From positions 1,888,001 to 1,952,000 of the forward strand of contig CBDESU010000001.1 in the NCBI GenBank assembly GCA_965242695.1: DNA of 64,000 nt, given 5' to 3'. Every line of letters begins with the position of its first letter. Position 1 is the stretch's first letter. Below, piece after piece: positions 40,194 to 50,483 of this stretch. The notes under the pieces are model-generated. The model was not told the DNA's origin, did no database searches, and was given only the letters and a program-made list of their open reading frames with translations. This DNA comes from Cenarchaeum sp. (GTDB lineage Archaea > Thermoproteota > Nitrososphaeria > Nitrososphaerales > Nitrosopumilaceae). A program made the translations under genes and the position numbers.

Positions 40194-40694
40194 GTGAACG
40201 CAGGGCAGGAGGCGGCCCGCGGCGGCCGCCCCGGAGGGCAGGGCAAGGCTGCGAATCACACTCGACCCAGACATGGTCGAGAGGGTCGAGCGCGTCGTGT
40301 CGGCAAACCACCCGTACGACAGCAAGGAGTGCCTGCTCAGGGTTCTGCCCAGTCGCGTGAGCGCTGCGGATCTTGATCGCGTTCTAGGCCATCTGGCGCG
40401 TTCGGGAAAGATTGCCCTGGGTGGGGGAATCATACGCTGGACGTCCAAGCCGGCCCAGGGTAGAGCGGGGAGTGTGCGAACAGGTCGATCCTCGCAGGTA
40501 CCAGGTTTGAGACTATCGGGGAGGGCAAGAGTCAGGCGGAGACGATTGGCGAGTACATCGTACGGATGGCCAACGCCGACGAGCCAGGGGCATACACTGC
40601 CGAAGACGCAAGGGAGATCGACGAGGATATGCGCCGCTTGGCAAGGGGAGAGTACTATACGCACGAACAGGTGTGGAAAGAGTTTGGCCTGTGA
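40194..40694 (+). pseudogene. Frameshifted winged-helix + antitoxin-like gene
   Basis: One frame gives RITLDPDMVERVERVV...LGHLARSGKIAL...IRW; another frame from 40464 gives SILAGTRFE...EDAREIDEDMRRLARGEYYTHEQVWKEFGL* (TGA 40692-40694). Confidence 0.6.
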
Positions 40695-40900
40695 AATGCA
40701 ATGCGCTGTACACGAATCAGGCCCGCAGGGTTGTAAGGCGCGCCGGCGACGAAATGTGCAGTCGCCTCAAAAGGCGCGCGGATGGGCCTTGCGAAGGGCG
40801 TTGCCCGAGAGGCCGGTCGGCTAACAGCGAGGATCATCGTGACAGGTTGGAACGCACAGGATCATATGCGGCACAGACAAGTCCAAGATCCGCATCACCG
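40691..40900 (+). pseudogene. Degenerate RelE/ParE-like toxin remnant
   Basis: GTG overlaps the upstream TGA (GTGA). VKCNALYTNQARRVVRRAGDEMCSRLKRR...RLERTGSY resembles a RelE N-terminus and R-G-Y motif; no proper stop. End approximate. Confidence 0.4.
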
Positions 40901-41331
40901 TACAGCGGGCAGTGTCGCGCGGCAAGGCCTACAGACGCCGCGATGCCCGCCAGCGGCGCAGCCATGGCGCAAGCGCATGATCGGCCATGGCGACGGGCAC
41001 CGCCGCATCCATGCAGCGCCTTGCCGGGGCGCAGGGACGGGCGCGTTTGCAGGGGGCACGCGGGGGCCGCGCGTGACTTCGGGCGATCAAAGTCAACCTG
41101 CGTTCGCCCCGGGCAAGCGAAGATGTCCAGGGCCACCGCTGTGCGTCACTGCCCCATCGGCAGAGGCCCCGCAGGCGCGCAAGCGTGCGGCGGACCAGAG
41201 TGGGGGGAGCATGCGGCGGCACGATGTGCAGAAGGTGACGGCGCGGGGCGGGGCAGGCAGGGCCGCGCGGGCGGGGCAGGGGCGCCGGAACCGCGCCCAA
41301 AGGTTAATTCGTGCGGCGCGCGCGCGCCGGC

Positions 41332-41964
41332 GTGGACGAGATCGAGAGGGTGTTCGACGAGTGGTCGGCTAACGGCAGGTCGGGCCTCATGGAGTCCGAG
41401 CACTCGCCCAACGTGGCAAGGTTCCTGCGCACCGTCCAGTTCCGCAGGCCGTTCAGGTTCCTCGACATCGGGTGCGGCAACGGCTGGGTCGTCCGCCTCG
41501 TCTCCCAGATCGCGGGGTGCACAAAGGCCGTCGGCATCGACAAGAGCAGCGGAATGATCAGGGAGGCGCGGGCCGCGTCGGCCTCTAGAAAGGAGTCGTT
41601 CTCGCGCGCCGACATCGAGCGGTGGTCGTACTATGGCCGCAGGTTCGACTATGCGTTCGCCATGGAGTCGCTGTACTATGCAGAGTCCGTGAGCGCCGCC
41701 GTGTCCCGCACGCACGGCCTGCTCGCGGACGGGGGGCAGTTCTTTTGCGGGACCGACTTTTACGCCGAGAATACGGCCACGACGGGGTGGCCGAGGGACG
41801 TGGGCGTGCGCATGCACCTGCTCTCGAGGCGGCAGTGGCGCGACGTGTTCTCCGAGGCCGGCTTTGCCGTCAGGACGACGCTGGTAAGGGACCCGTCGAG
41901 CCGGAAAAAGTGGAAGCGCGAGATGGGCACGCTGTTCATTGTAGGCACCAAAGAGGCGCCCTAG
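41332..41964 (+). CDS. Class I SAM-dependent methyltransferase
   Basis: FLDIGCGNGW, VGID, FAMESLYY. Confidence 0.9.
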   Translation: MDEIERVFDEWSANGRSGLMESEHSPNVARFLRTVQFRRPFRFLDIGCGNGWVVRLVSQIAGCTKAVGIDKSSGMIREARAASASRKESFSRADIERWSYYGRRFDYAFAMESLYYAESVSAAVSRTHGLLADGGQFFCGTDFYAENTATTGWPRDVGVRMHLLSRRQWRDVFSEAGFAVRTTLVRDPSSRKKWKREMGTLFIVGTKEAP

Positions 41965-44645
41965 CGGCGCCTCACAAAGCGGAGGACGACGGCGGCGGCA
42001 ACGGCCAGGGCGGCGGCGGCCGCCATTGAGGCCACCGCCGCGGCGACCTCGATCGGCCGCGCAGGGGGCGCGGTTGCGCCGGCGCCGCCATCGGGCCCGC
42101 CGCCTGCGCCGGCGCCGCCATCGGGCCCGCCCACTTCCGGCAGGGCTGGATCGCCGCCGCCGCCTGCCGCGGCGGCGGGTGCGGCCGCCTCGTCGACGAC
42201 AAGAAAGCCGGCAGTGTGCGAGTCCGGGCGCAGCACGTCGTCGGACACTGCGAACAGGCGCAGGCCGGCGGCCCCCGGCCCCAGGGCCGACGTGTCCTTG
42301 CCGTCGAGCCGCACGGTCGCATGCCCGGACGCGACGTCGGCCGAGCCGGACAGCGAAGCGGTTCCGTTGCCGCCCGCGCCGTGGGATCCCGAAATAAAGT
42401 AGTGCAGGGTCGACGCCCCCTCTGCCTCGACGCCGATCTCCGCCGGACGCCCGCGCACCACCACGTCCGGGGCGTCGACGCCGGCAATCTCGGGAAACCT
42501 CACGTCCTCGAGGTGCGCCCACGACCCGGCCGGCAGGGGGTACGACTCGTCGTCGAACGCGGCGATCCGTATCGTGCGCGACTCGGGCGAGTACGACTCT
42601 AGGTAGAACGGGCCGTTGCCGACCACCGCATGGCCCGTGGCGCCGATCCACTCCAGGGCCGAGTCGTACCGGCCCGCCGCGTATTCCTCCGTGGCGCCGA
42701 GATCCGCAAGCGGCGGCGGCACCCCGCCGGGCCCCGACGCCCTGGCCTCGCGCAGCGCATCGGCGACGAGCTGCGCATCGTTCGGTATGATCAGCGACAG
42801 CCACGGCACCGACCGGCTCACCGAGCCGGACCTCGAGAACGAGGCCGAGCCGTCGAGGACGACGGCCTCCATCGCGCGGTACACCTCCCACGGCATCGCC
42901 GGCCACACCGATGCCCACGCGGCAATCTCGGCCTCGTCAAAGTGCCAGTAGTCCAGGTACACCTCGATCGTATCGGCGTCCACGGGGCGCACCCCGACCA
43001 TCGTGTCGACGACCTGAGCGGCGCGCGGCGTGTACTCGGCATCGGACGTGCGGTCGACTCCGCCGCCAGGGGCCGGCGCCGACCCCCACTCGACGGCAAA
43101 GTACAGCGAGTACATCACGTCGTTCATGTCGATCGGCTCGCCGTGGTGCCACCTGCCGCCCGAGAGGTCGAACGTCACGCGGCTCCTCGCCTCCGATCCC
43201 TCCGGCACGGGCGCCCACCTCTGCTCGGCGGGGCTCCACAGGACGGCCCCCCCGGGTACCCGTACGCCCGCCCCGCCGCCGCCTTCGGCGCCGCCGGCGC
43301 TCTCGACGTCCCACGCGGCGCGGACGGGGATGATGCGCCCCGAGTACGGGTGGTGGAACGTTCCGGGATCGGACAACGCGTTCCATATCTGCGTGCTGTA
43401 CGTGTCGCCGAACCCGACTACGGGGTTCCACGAGCCCTGGTAGATCTGCTTGACGCCCACGCGCAGCGTGTCCGAGCCGCCCGGCCGGGCGTTGATCGGC
43501 GTGAACCGGCTCGGCACCCCGGCCCCAAAGTCGTTGACGACCCCCTCCACGTCCTCGCCGCCGGCGTACAGGTCGGTGCGGGCCGCCAGGAAGATGCGGA
43601 CCGACTCGGATACGGCCTCGGCCGTGGCGGCGCGCACGAGCTCGGAGCGCTCGTCGGCCGACCCGTACTCGCCGGCGTAGATGCGCTGCGTGATCGAGTC
43701 GAGCCTTTCGTTCTCGTAGTTCCAGTACGACGGGTCGTTGAACCCCGGCATCGACGAGTACCACGGCGCGTACATCTGGCTCAGGCCCACGGGGTCGTAC
43801 CGCACGAACGCCGACCTGCCGCCCCACCCCTCGGTGTACACCGACCACCGCATCTCGGCGGGATCTGACCCGTACACGACGACGAACGCCTTGTTCAGGT
43901 CGCCGTAGTCGCGCCTAACCGAAAAGCCGGCCCCCTCGAGCGAGGACGCGAGCATCTCGCCGACGGACTCGCGCACGGGATCGTCGCTGCGTATGAAGAC
44001 GCGCACCTCGACGGGCTCGCCGCCGTGCATCCACGCGCCGCCCTCCCCGCGGACGGCCCCCTCCGCGGCCATGGCCGAGCCGATCATCGACGAGGCCAGG
44101 GCGGGGTTGTGCTCGAACCCGTACGACTCGATGAGGCCGAGTATGCCGATGTAGTCGGGGTCGGACGGGCCGTAGTTCGAGACCATGGGCGTGCCGTGAC
44201 CCCCCATCAGCTCGTTGACCATGAGGCGGCGGTCGACGAGGTAGTTTAGGGCGTACCGGACGTCGCGCAGCGAGAACGGGTTGAGGGTGCCGTCGGCCGG
44301 CGCGGCGGGGTTTACGAGCAGGCTGTACGAGCCTCCCGTCGACTCGTACACCCGCAGCCCGCTGCGCGACTCGTCGTCCTTTACGCGGTCGGCCGGGACG
44401 GTAAAGTAGTACAGGTCCAGGTTGCCGTTGCGCACCTCCTCGAGCGCCGTATTCTCGTCGAGGTACTGGACGAACTCGACGGCGTCGACGTGCGTGCCGC
44501 GGTCGGCCGCGGCGGGGGCCGACAGGGCCAGGGCGATCGCCGCTGCCACGGCCACGACGATCACCGGCGCGGAGATGGCCAGGCGCAGCGGCGGCGCGGG
44601 CCGCGGGCCGCGCGGCCTGGATCGTGGGCGCTCTCGCACGGACAC
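41961..44645 (-). CDS. ABC transporter substrate-binding protein (peptide/nickel family 5)
   Basis: Signal peptide, NPFSLRDVRYALNYLVDR, WHHGEPIDMNDV, VGNGPFYL, C-terminal TM anchor. Confidence 0.92.
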   Translation of the reverse strand: MSVRERPRSRPRGPRPAPPLRLAISAPVIVVAVAAAIALALSAPAAADRGTHVDAVEFVQYLDENTALEEVRNGNLDLYYFTVPADRVKDDESRSGLRVYESTGGSYSLLVNPAAPADGTLNPFSLRDVRYALNYLVDRRLMVNELMGGHGTPMVSNYGPSDPDYIGILGLIESYGFEHNPALASSMIGSAMAAEGAVRGEGGAWMHGGEPVEVRVFIRSDDPVRESVGEMLASSLEGAGFSVRRDYGDLNKAFVVVYGSDPAEMRWSVYTEGWGGRSAFVRYDPVGLSQMYAPWYSSMPGFNDPSYWNYENERLDSITQRIYAGEYGSADERSELVRAATAEAVSESVRIFLAARTDLYAGGEDVEGVVNDFGAGVPSRFTPINARPGGSDTLRVGVKQIYQGSWNPVVGFGDTYSTQIWNALSDPGTFHHPYSGRIIPVRAAWDVESAGGAEGGGGAGVRVPGGAVLWSPAEQRWAPVPEGSEARSRVTFDLSGGRWHHGEPIDMNDVMYSLYFAVEWGSAPAPGGGVDRTSDAEYTPRAAQVVDTMVGVRPVDADTIEVYLDYWHFDEAEIAAWASVWPAMPWEVYRAMEAVVLDGSASFSRSGSVSRSVPWLSLIIPNDAQLVADALREARASGPGGVPPPLADLGATEEYAAGRYDSALEWIGATGHAVVGNGPFYLESYSPESRTIRIAAFDDESYPLPAGSWAHLEDVRFPEIAGVDAPDVVVRGRPAEIGVEAEGASTLHYFISGSHGAGGNGTASLSGSADVASGHATVRLDGKDTSALGPGAAGLRLFAVSDDVLRPDSHTAGFLVVDEAAAPAAAAGGGGDPALPEVGGPDGGAGAGGGPDGGAGATAPPARPIEVAAAVASMAAAAALAVAAAVVLRFVRRR

Positions 44646-44833
44646 GGCGGCGCTGTTGCCAATGCGGGGCTAAAAAGGGTTGCAGGGAAAGCGGCGGCGC
44701 CCTTCCGCTGCAGGACGCCACGTATCTGCACGCCTGCCCGCGTGCGAGCGGCCCAAAAGCGGGATCTCTGGCCATGCGCTTTAAATATGCACCGCGTTTC
44801 GCTTCGGCAACGGATCGCATAACTACAGCCGTC

Positions 44834-45433
44834 ATGATTGGCATCGGCGCACTAGTCGCCGCAACAACGGCGCATCAGTGGGAATACCTCTGGGAGGGCG
44901 AGTACCTAGGCAAGTGGGCATCGCTCGTGGCCATATACTCGCTGGGGATTGCGCCCCTGTGGTACTTTCTAAAGAAAAAGCTCGACGGGAGGATGGAACG
45001 GCGCACTGCATCGATTGGCATCATGGCCGAGCTTGCCAACGCCACCGACGGACTTGACGAGAATAAGCACGGCGATCTAAAGGCCGCCACACTGGCCGCG
45101 GGTCAAAAAGTCCACTTTATGAACCGCATGCTCAACCACGGCACTTACGGCAGCCTCGTCATGTCGGGCAAGATTATTGCCATCAAGCCCAGTTTACAGC
45201 AGCCGATTCACGACGTATTCCAGATCATAAAGGACCGCAACGGTTTTTTGCAAAAAATACGCGCTATGGAAGAGATGGGGGATCAGCGAACGCGGGTCAA
45301 GAGATACTACCTGCAACTAGGCAAGGCCGAAGAGATGCTACTAAGCAGCATACCGCCCCTGCTTGCCGATCTCCGCAGGGAGTGCGAGTTGTCCGGTACC
45401 AAAAAGCGGCGCCTAGGCAATTCATGGTCGTGA
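44834..45433 (+). CDS. Hypothetical membrane protein (two N-terminal TM helices), accessory
   Basis: Hydrophobic N-terminus and helical soluble C-terminus; lower GC. Start uncertain (44774 or 44834). Confidence 0.65.
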   Translation: MIGIGALVAATTAHQWEYLWEGEYLGKWASLVAIYSLGIAPLWYFLKKKLDGRMERRTASIGIMAELANATDGLDENKHGDLKAATLAAGQKVHFMNRMLNHGTYGSLVMSGKIIAIKPSLQQPIHDVFQIIKDRNGFLQKIRAMEEMGDQRTRVKRYYLQLGKAEEMLLSSIPPLLADLRRECELSGTKKRRLGNSWS

Positions 45434-45475
45434 CGGGCGATGCGTCAAGCCGGCGGCGCCGGCCTGACAATGTGT

Positions 45476-45527
45476 GCGCAACCGGCGCAACCGGCGCAAC
45501 CGGCGCAACCGGCGCAACCGGCGCAAC
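45476..45527. repeat. 9-bp tandem repeat GCGCAACCG, five full units plus a partial
   Basis: Read directly. Confidence 0.93.
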
Positions 45528-45599
45528 ACCGCAGGACGCATGCCCGATTGAGGCCGCCGTAGCCCCAGAGATGTGCGTGTAGGGAACGGCGGAAGCTGA

Positions 45600-45854
45600 T
45601 CAGTCAGACTTTTTCTTCGGCCTAGAGGTGGCGGGCTCTTCGATCCCCCAGCCGCCTTCGCTCTTCGGTATGCAGTCGATGTACTGCCTGCTTTCCCCCG
45701 TATACACGAGTGGCTTCTTGCCCATGAAGCGAGACTCCCAGGGCAGTATTAAAACATTGCCCGTCCGCATGCAGCGTGTCGTGTACAAAGAGTAGTGTCC
45801 CTCGGCTGTCAGGCGCAGGCGCCCGACGTCCCGAGGCCTCGGGGCGATCGCCAT
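45600..45854 (-). CDS. Small hypothetical protein
   Basis: MAIAPRP...GHYSLYTTRCMRTGNVLILPW...; protein-like composition, no motif. Confidence 0.45.
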   Translation of the reverse strand: MAIAPRPRDVGRLRLTAEGHYSLYTTRCMRTGNVLILPWESRFMGKKPLVYTGESRQYIDCIPKSEGGWGIEEPATSRPKKKSD

Positions 45855-45990
45855 GCTAGGACATCTTGCTCCCGTGCTCCTGCGCAGGCGCCTCGCGCAT
45901 GGGCATGCCGGGGTCATGCAGGGACGCCCGTTGCGAACCGCTCGGAGAGCCTGACCGGGCGGTGCCCTGCGGCCGCGCCCGGCGCGCCGC

Positions 45991-46827
45991 TCACAGCCCC
46001 CTGCCGGTCATCGCCTCGTACGCGCTCACGTACCGCTCCGTGATCCTAGCAGATATCTCGGGTGGGATCGGCGGCGCCCTCGGCTCGCGGCCGGCGGCGC
46101 GGTCCTCGTCGAACCGGCGCTTGTAGCCGTTCTCCGAGAGCCAGTCGCGCAGTATCTGCTTGTCGTACGCGACCTGCACCGACCCCGGCTCGTGTGATCC
46201 CCTAGGCCACAGGCGGAACTCGTCGGGTCCGATCGAGTCGCCCAGCATGATGCGGCCGCCGAGCCGGCCAAACTCCAGCTTTAGGTCGGCAAGGATGAAC
46301 CCGGAAGAGGCAGCGGCGGCGGCCATCATGCCGTATATGCGGACCGACCTTGCAGACAGCTCGTCGTACTCGGGGCCCGTCACGAGGCCGGCGCCGACTG
46401 CCGCGTCCCGGCCCACCGGCTCGTCGTGCTCGTCAGACTTTGTAGTCGGATCGAACACGGGCTCGGGCAGGGCCGCGGCCATCCTCGCATCGCCGGCGCC
46501 CCGGGGCAGCTCGGCCTCGCCGCGCCTCACCCTGTCGTACAGGCTGCCGTACAGGTAGCCGCGAACGACGCACTCAAGCGGGATCATCTCCAGGCGGCGC
46601 ACGAGCATCTCGGCCGGCCCCGTGCGCTCGACAAAGTGGCTCTGCACGCCGAGCTTGGAGAACCAGTACTCGGCGAACGCGCACAGCACCTCGCCCTTGC
46701 GCGGTATGCCGCCGTCGAACCTCACATCGTACGCCGATATGCGGTCGCTGAACCTGAACAGCAGCATGCCGCCGCCCGCGTCGTACACGTCCTTGACCTT
46801 GCCGGATGCGACCAGCTTCACGGCCAC
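45991..46827 (-). CDS. purC: SAICAR synthetase
   Basis: [43 protein letters not shown]. Confidence 0.96.
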   Translation of the reverse strand: MAVKLVASGKVKDVYDAGGGMLLFRFSDRISAYDVRFDGGIPRKGEVLCAFAEYWFSKLGVQSHFVERTGPAEMLVRRLEMIPLECVVRGYLYGSLYDRVRRGEAELPRGAGDARMAAALPEPVFDPTTKSDEHDEPVGRDAAVGAGLVTGPEYDELSARSVRIYGMMAAAAASSGFILADLKLEFGRLGGRIMLGDSIGPDEFRLWPRGSHEPGSVQVAYDKQILRDWLSENGYKRRFDEDRAAGREPRAPPIPPEISARITERYVSAYEAMTGRGL

Positions 46828-46877
46828 GCGAGCAGGGCAGGTGATTTAACCTGTGCGGGGCGCGGCGGGGCGCCGGC

Positions 46878-47264
46878 CTAGGATCCCATCATCCCGACCA
46901 TCTTGGGCGGCTCGCGGTACGCCTTGCTCACGAACACGCCCGGATCGGCAGAGACCATCACGTACTCCATGGCGTTGCCCGGCGGCGGCGAGACGATGAC
47001 CTTCTTGCCGCTCTCGAGGGTGCCGAGGCTCAGCTTGTCGCCGTCCCCAAAGTCGACGACCACGCCGGTCAGGTCCTTGCCGCCGACGTTCTGCACCGTC
47101 ACCCTGCCCGTAATGAACAGATTCTGCTTGTCGATGAGCGGATCCACGTACAGCGCGTGGTCCTGCGTCGCGATGCTGCCCCGCATCGCGTCCATTCCGA
47201 ACACGACGGCCATGGCCCCGACGGCCCCGACGCCGAGCAGGACGAGGGCCCTGTATTTGTCCAC
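46878..47264 (-). CDS. Membrane-anchored hypothetical protein (Ig-like)
   Basis: N-terminal TM, then VTVQNVG...; host codon usage, own TATA at about 47287. Confidence 0.75.
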   Translation of the reverse strand: MDKYRALVLLGVGAVGAMAVVFGMDAMRGSIATQDHALYVDPLIDKQNLFITGRVTVQNVGGKDLTGVVVDFGDGDKLSLGTLESGKKVIVSPPPGNAMEYVMVSADPGVFVSKAYREPPKMVGMMGS

Positions 47265-47406
47265 GCGCGGAAGAGTGGGCGGTTGTATTTAACGGCGCCG
47301 CGGGCTGCCGGCGGGGGCATCCGGCGGGGCGCGTGGGCATCCGGCTGGAATGCCGGAGGCCAGGGCGGCCCAACACACTTAACGGCGCATCGCATGCGGC
47401 GGGCGC

Positions 47407-48048
47407 TTGGCCGCAAAGGGCATCGCCGGCTGCCTCGGCGGCATCATACCGGGAACGATATCCGTCCTCGACTTTACGATGGCCGCCCGCGTCGACAGGG
47501 TCTCGGCAAGGGCGATCCTCGAGCGCCTCGCCGCCTCCGGCATAGGCGCCAGGTCCGGCGGCGACACGTACGAGTTTGCCGCCGGCGACAGGCTCAGGGC
47601 CGCCGTCCTGGCCGTCCGCGAGGACGGCGCCGGCATCGACGAGGTCTCTGAGCGCATCGGGTGGCGCGACTTCGAGGGCCTCGTCGCCGAGGTCCTCGAC
47701 TCGAGGGGCTTTGAGACGGAGAGGAACCTGAGGGTAAAGGGGGACGGGGGGCAGAGGGCAGAGATCGACGTGGCCGGCACCAGGGACGGCATCGCGCTGC
47801 TCGTCGACTGCAAGCACTGGCGGCGCTCGAGCGCATCGGCGCTGGCCGCGGCGGCGCGCCGGCAGGCCGGCAGGGCCCGCCTGTACGTGGCCGCCGGCGC
47901 AGGCGCCCCCGCGGCCCTGCCGGCCATAGTGACGCTGCACGAGGACGGCATCGAGTTTGCCGGCAGGGTGCCGATCGTGCCCGTCCTCAAGCTCGGCTCG
48001 TTCGCCGACGAGCTGTACGGGAACATGGAGGGGCTCGATCTCGCATAG
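47407..48048 (+). CDS. Mrr-like PD-(D/E)XK nuclease-fold protein
   Basis: WRDFEGLVAEVL...GF...EIDV...VDCKHW; host-like GC. Confidence 0.8.
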   Translation: MAAKGIAGCLGGIIPGTISVLDFTMAARVDRVSARAILERLAASGIGARSGGDTYEFAAGDRLRAAVLAVREDGAGIDEVSERIGWRDFEGLVAEVLDSRGFETERNLRVKGDGGQRAEIDVAGTRDGIALLVDCKHWRRSSASALAAAARRQAGRARLYVAAGAGAPAALPAIVTLHEDGIEFAGRVPIVPVLKLGSFADELYGNMEGLDLA

Positions 48049-48067
48049 GCCCCGCGGCCCCCGCGCC

Positions 48068-49114
48068 CTACCCCTCGAGGAACGAAAAGGCCAGGTACGC
48101 GGCGTACGATGCGGCCAGCGCCGCGCCGAACGGCCATCGGATGGCCGCGGTTCGGAGCGCCACAAGCAGCGCCAGGCTGAAGGCGACCATTACGGCATAG
48201 TCCGCATAGACGTGATCGGCGACGGCTATGGGCGAGACGGCCGCGGCGACTCCCGTGATCATCAGGACGTTGTAGATGTTGCTGCCCACTATGTTGCCGA
48301 CCCCGATGTCGGCGTGCCCGCGGCGTATGGCAATGATCGACGTTATCAGCTCGGGCGCCGACGTGCCGACGGCGATCACCGTAATCCCGACAAGCCTGTC
48401 CGACATGCCGAACATGCCGGCGACGGCCACCGCGTTCTCTATCGCAAGCCACGCGCCGCCGCCGAGCAGGGCCACGCCGGCGGCTATCAGCGCCCCCGAC
48501 CTGGCATACTGCGCGGCGGCGCCCCCGCGGCCGGCCGCCGCGGCCGCCTCGGCGGCCGCATGCTCCGCCGCGGCGGGGGCGTGGGCGGCGGCGGGGAGGG
48601 GCGCATGGGCGGCGCGCGGCGGCGCCCCCGCCGCCCGCCCCGACCCGCCCGCCGCGGCGCGCCGCCGGGCCGAGACGAACGTGTAGGCGCTGAACGCCAC
48701 TAGCGCGGCTATCAGGACGGCGCCGTCGCCCGCCGACAGGCCGCCCCCGTGCGCCGACAGGGCCACGAGGAGCAGTGAAAAGCCAATCATCATCGGTATC
48801 TCGCGGCGCAGCACCCTCCTGCCCACCGGAATGACGGCCAGCATCGCGGCTATGCCGATCACCATGCCGACGTTGGCTATGTTGCTGCCGACCACGTTGC
48901 CGAGTATGATCCCGCCGTGCTCGCCCGTCGCGGCAAGGCTCGCAGCCAGCTCGGGCGTCGACGTGCCGTACGCGACGACCGTCATGCCGATCATGAGCGG
49001 GCTGATGCCGAGCCTTGTGGCTATCCCGACCCCGCCGCTGACCAGCCAATGGCCGCCGAGGCACAGCATTGCAATGCCGGCGGCCGTGAGGCCCATGGCG
49101 ACGGCGAGTTCCAT
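48068..49114 (-). CDS. Ca2+/Na+ antiporter (CaCA family)
   Basis: Duplicated alpha motifs GTSTPEL/GTSAPEL and GNVVGSN/GNIVGSN. Confidence 0.94.
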   Translation of the reverse strand: MELAVAMGLTAAGIAMLCLGGHWLVSGGVGIATRLGISPLMIGMTVVAYGTSTPELAASLAATGEHGGIILGNVVGSNIANVGMVIGIAAMLAVIPVGRRVLRREIPMMIGFSLLLVALSAHGGGLSAGDGAVLIAALVAFSAYTFVSARRRAAAGGSGRAAGAPPRAAHAPLPAAAHAPAAAEHAAAEAAAAAGRGGAAAQYARSGALIAAGVALLGGGAWLAIENAVAVAGMFGMSDRLVGITVIAVGTSAPELITSIIAIRRGHADIGVGNIVGSNIYNVLMITGVAAAVSPIAVADHVYADYAVMVAFSLALLVALRTAAIRWPFGAALAASYAAYLAFSFLEG

Positions 49115-49385
49115 GCGGCCGCGCGGCGCGCCGGCCGTTTAAAGCCGGCGCCGGGCGCAGGCCGCATCGCGGTCCCCTGGCAGGGGCCGCTAGCGTCGCG
49201 GCGCCCAGGCCCCGGCGGCCGCCCCGCGCCGGCGCCCGCGCGTCGCGGCGCCGCCCCCTTCCCCCCGGCGCGGAGCCGGCTTGCATCACGGGCCGCGGCG
49301 CATCCGCGCAGGACGGCGGCGGCCAAGAGCGCGCGGCCTCGCGGCCCGATCCTACAGGCGACGGCGGGCCTCGGGCGGTCGCCCG

Positions 49386-50483
49386 TCAGGATATCGGAAT
49401 GTTCGCGCTGCCCCAGGGCTCGGACACCCTGAACGTATACTCCCTCGACGAGTCGTACTCGAACTGCGTCCCGCCGTACCCGATGTTGGGCCCGAACAGC
49501 ATGTTGAAGACGCGGTACGTTCCCGGCTTGAGGACGATCTGGCCGTTGGTAAAGTCCATCCCCGAGTACTTGAACGCCTTCGACCCGTCCCATACGTCGT
49601 ACGCGCAGATGGCCGGCCCCGTGCACGACAGGGCCACGTTTTCGGACCCCGTGTTCTCGGCGAGCATGCGCACGGTGAGGATTGCCTGGTCGCCCTCCAT
49701 GAACAGGTCGTTGCCCTCGGTGCCGAGCCCCTGATAGTAGAATACCACGGGGCCGGCCTCGTACGAGGGCGCGGTCGTCCTGTACATGTTCGCCTCAATG
49801 GCCCCCTCCGCATCCCTCTCGCAGTCTAGGCGCTCGTACGCCCGAACGATGTCGGCACAGGCGGCCAGGTCGTCCAAGAGATCGGCCGGCGGCGAGTACC
49901 CGCCTTCCGCGGCGGCGGAGGCGGCCGGGTCGGCGGAGGCGGCCGGGTCGGCGGAGGCGGCCGGGTCGGCGGAGGCGGCCGGGTCGGCGGAGGCGGCCGG
50001 GTCGGCGGAGGCGGCCGGGTCGGCGGAGGCGGCCGGGTCGGCGGAGGCGGCCGGGTCGGCGGAGGCGGCCGGGTCGGCGGAGGCGGCCGGGTCGGCGGAG
50101 GCGGCCGGCACACTTATCAGACCTACGTTGATCAAGTACTGCAACGAGCCGACAAAGTCCTCGTCGGTGATGGAGCCGTCTGCCCACCAGCCGGCGCTTG
50201 TCTTGACCCACTCGGGGACTGCGGCGCCCCCGCTCGGGCCCGCAGCGGCGTCGCCGGGCGCGGGCACGTCAATGATGCCGGCGCCGATCAGGTACCCAAC
50301 GCCGCCCAGAAAGTCCTCGTCGGTAATGGAGCCGTCTGCCCACCAGCCGGCGCTGGTCTTTACCCACTCAGGAACCCCGTCCGACGCGGCATGCGCATCC
50401 GGGACGGCCGGCAACGCCGCAATCGCGGCGGCCGAGGCAGCTGCAACGGCAACCACGGCGCATGCCTGCTGTAGCAGTACCAA
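49386..50483 (-). CDS. Secreted protein with two thaumarchaeal 'PxWxK..AGWW' domains and an (ADPAAS)10 linker
   Basis: VPEWVKTSAGWWADGSITDEDF twice, signal peptide; TTG at 50483 chosen from the TATA at about 50506-50513. Confidence 0.85.
   Translation of the reverse strand: MVLLQQACAVVAVAAASAAAIAALPAVPDAHAASDGVPEWVKTSAGWWADGSITDEDFLGGVGYLIGAGIIDVPAPGDAAAGPSGGAAVPEWVKTSAGWWADGSITDEDFVGSLQYLINVGLISVPAASADPAASADPAASADPAASADPAASADPAASADPAASADPAASADPAASADPAASADPAASAAAEGGYSPPADLLDDLAACADIVRAYERLDCERDAEGAIEANMYRTTAPSYEAGPVVFYYQGLGTEGNDLFMEGDQAILTVRMLAENTGSENVALSCTGPAICAYDVWDGSKAFKYSGMDFTNGQIVLKPGTYRVFNMLFGPNIGYGGTQFEYDSSREYTFRVSEPWGSANIPIS
49914..50108. repeat. 18-bp intragenic tandem repeat (GGCGGAGGCGGCCGGGTC), about 10-11 units
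   Basis: Read directly; encodes ADPAAS. Confidence 0.95.

Noticed and set aside
47407-48048. Mrr-like nuclease as part of a defence island
   Set aside because: Host-like GC and housekeeping neighbours suggest a resident gene.
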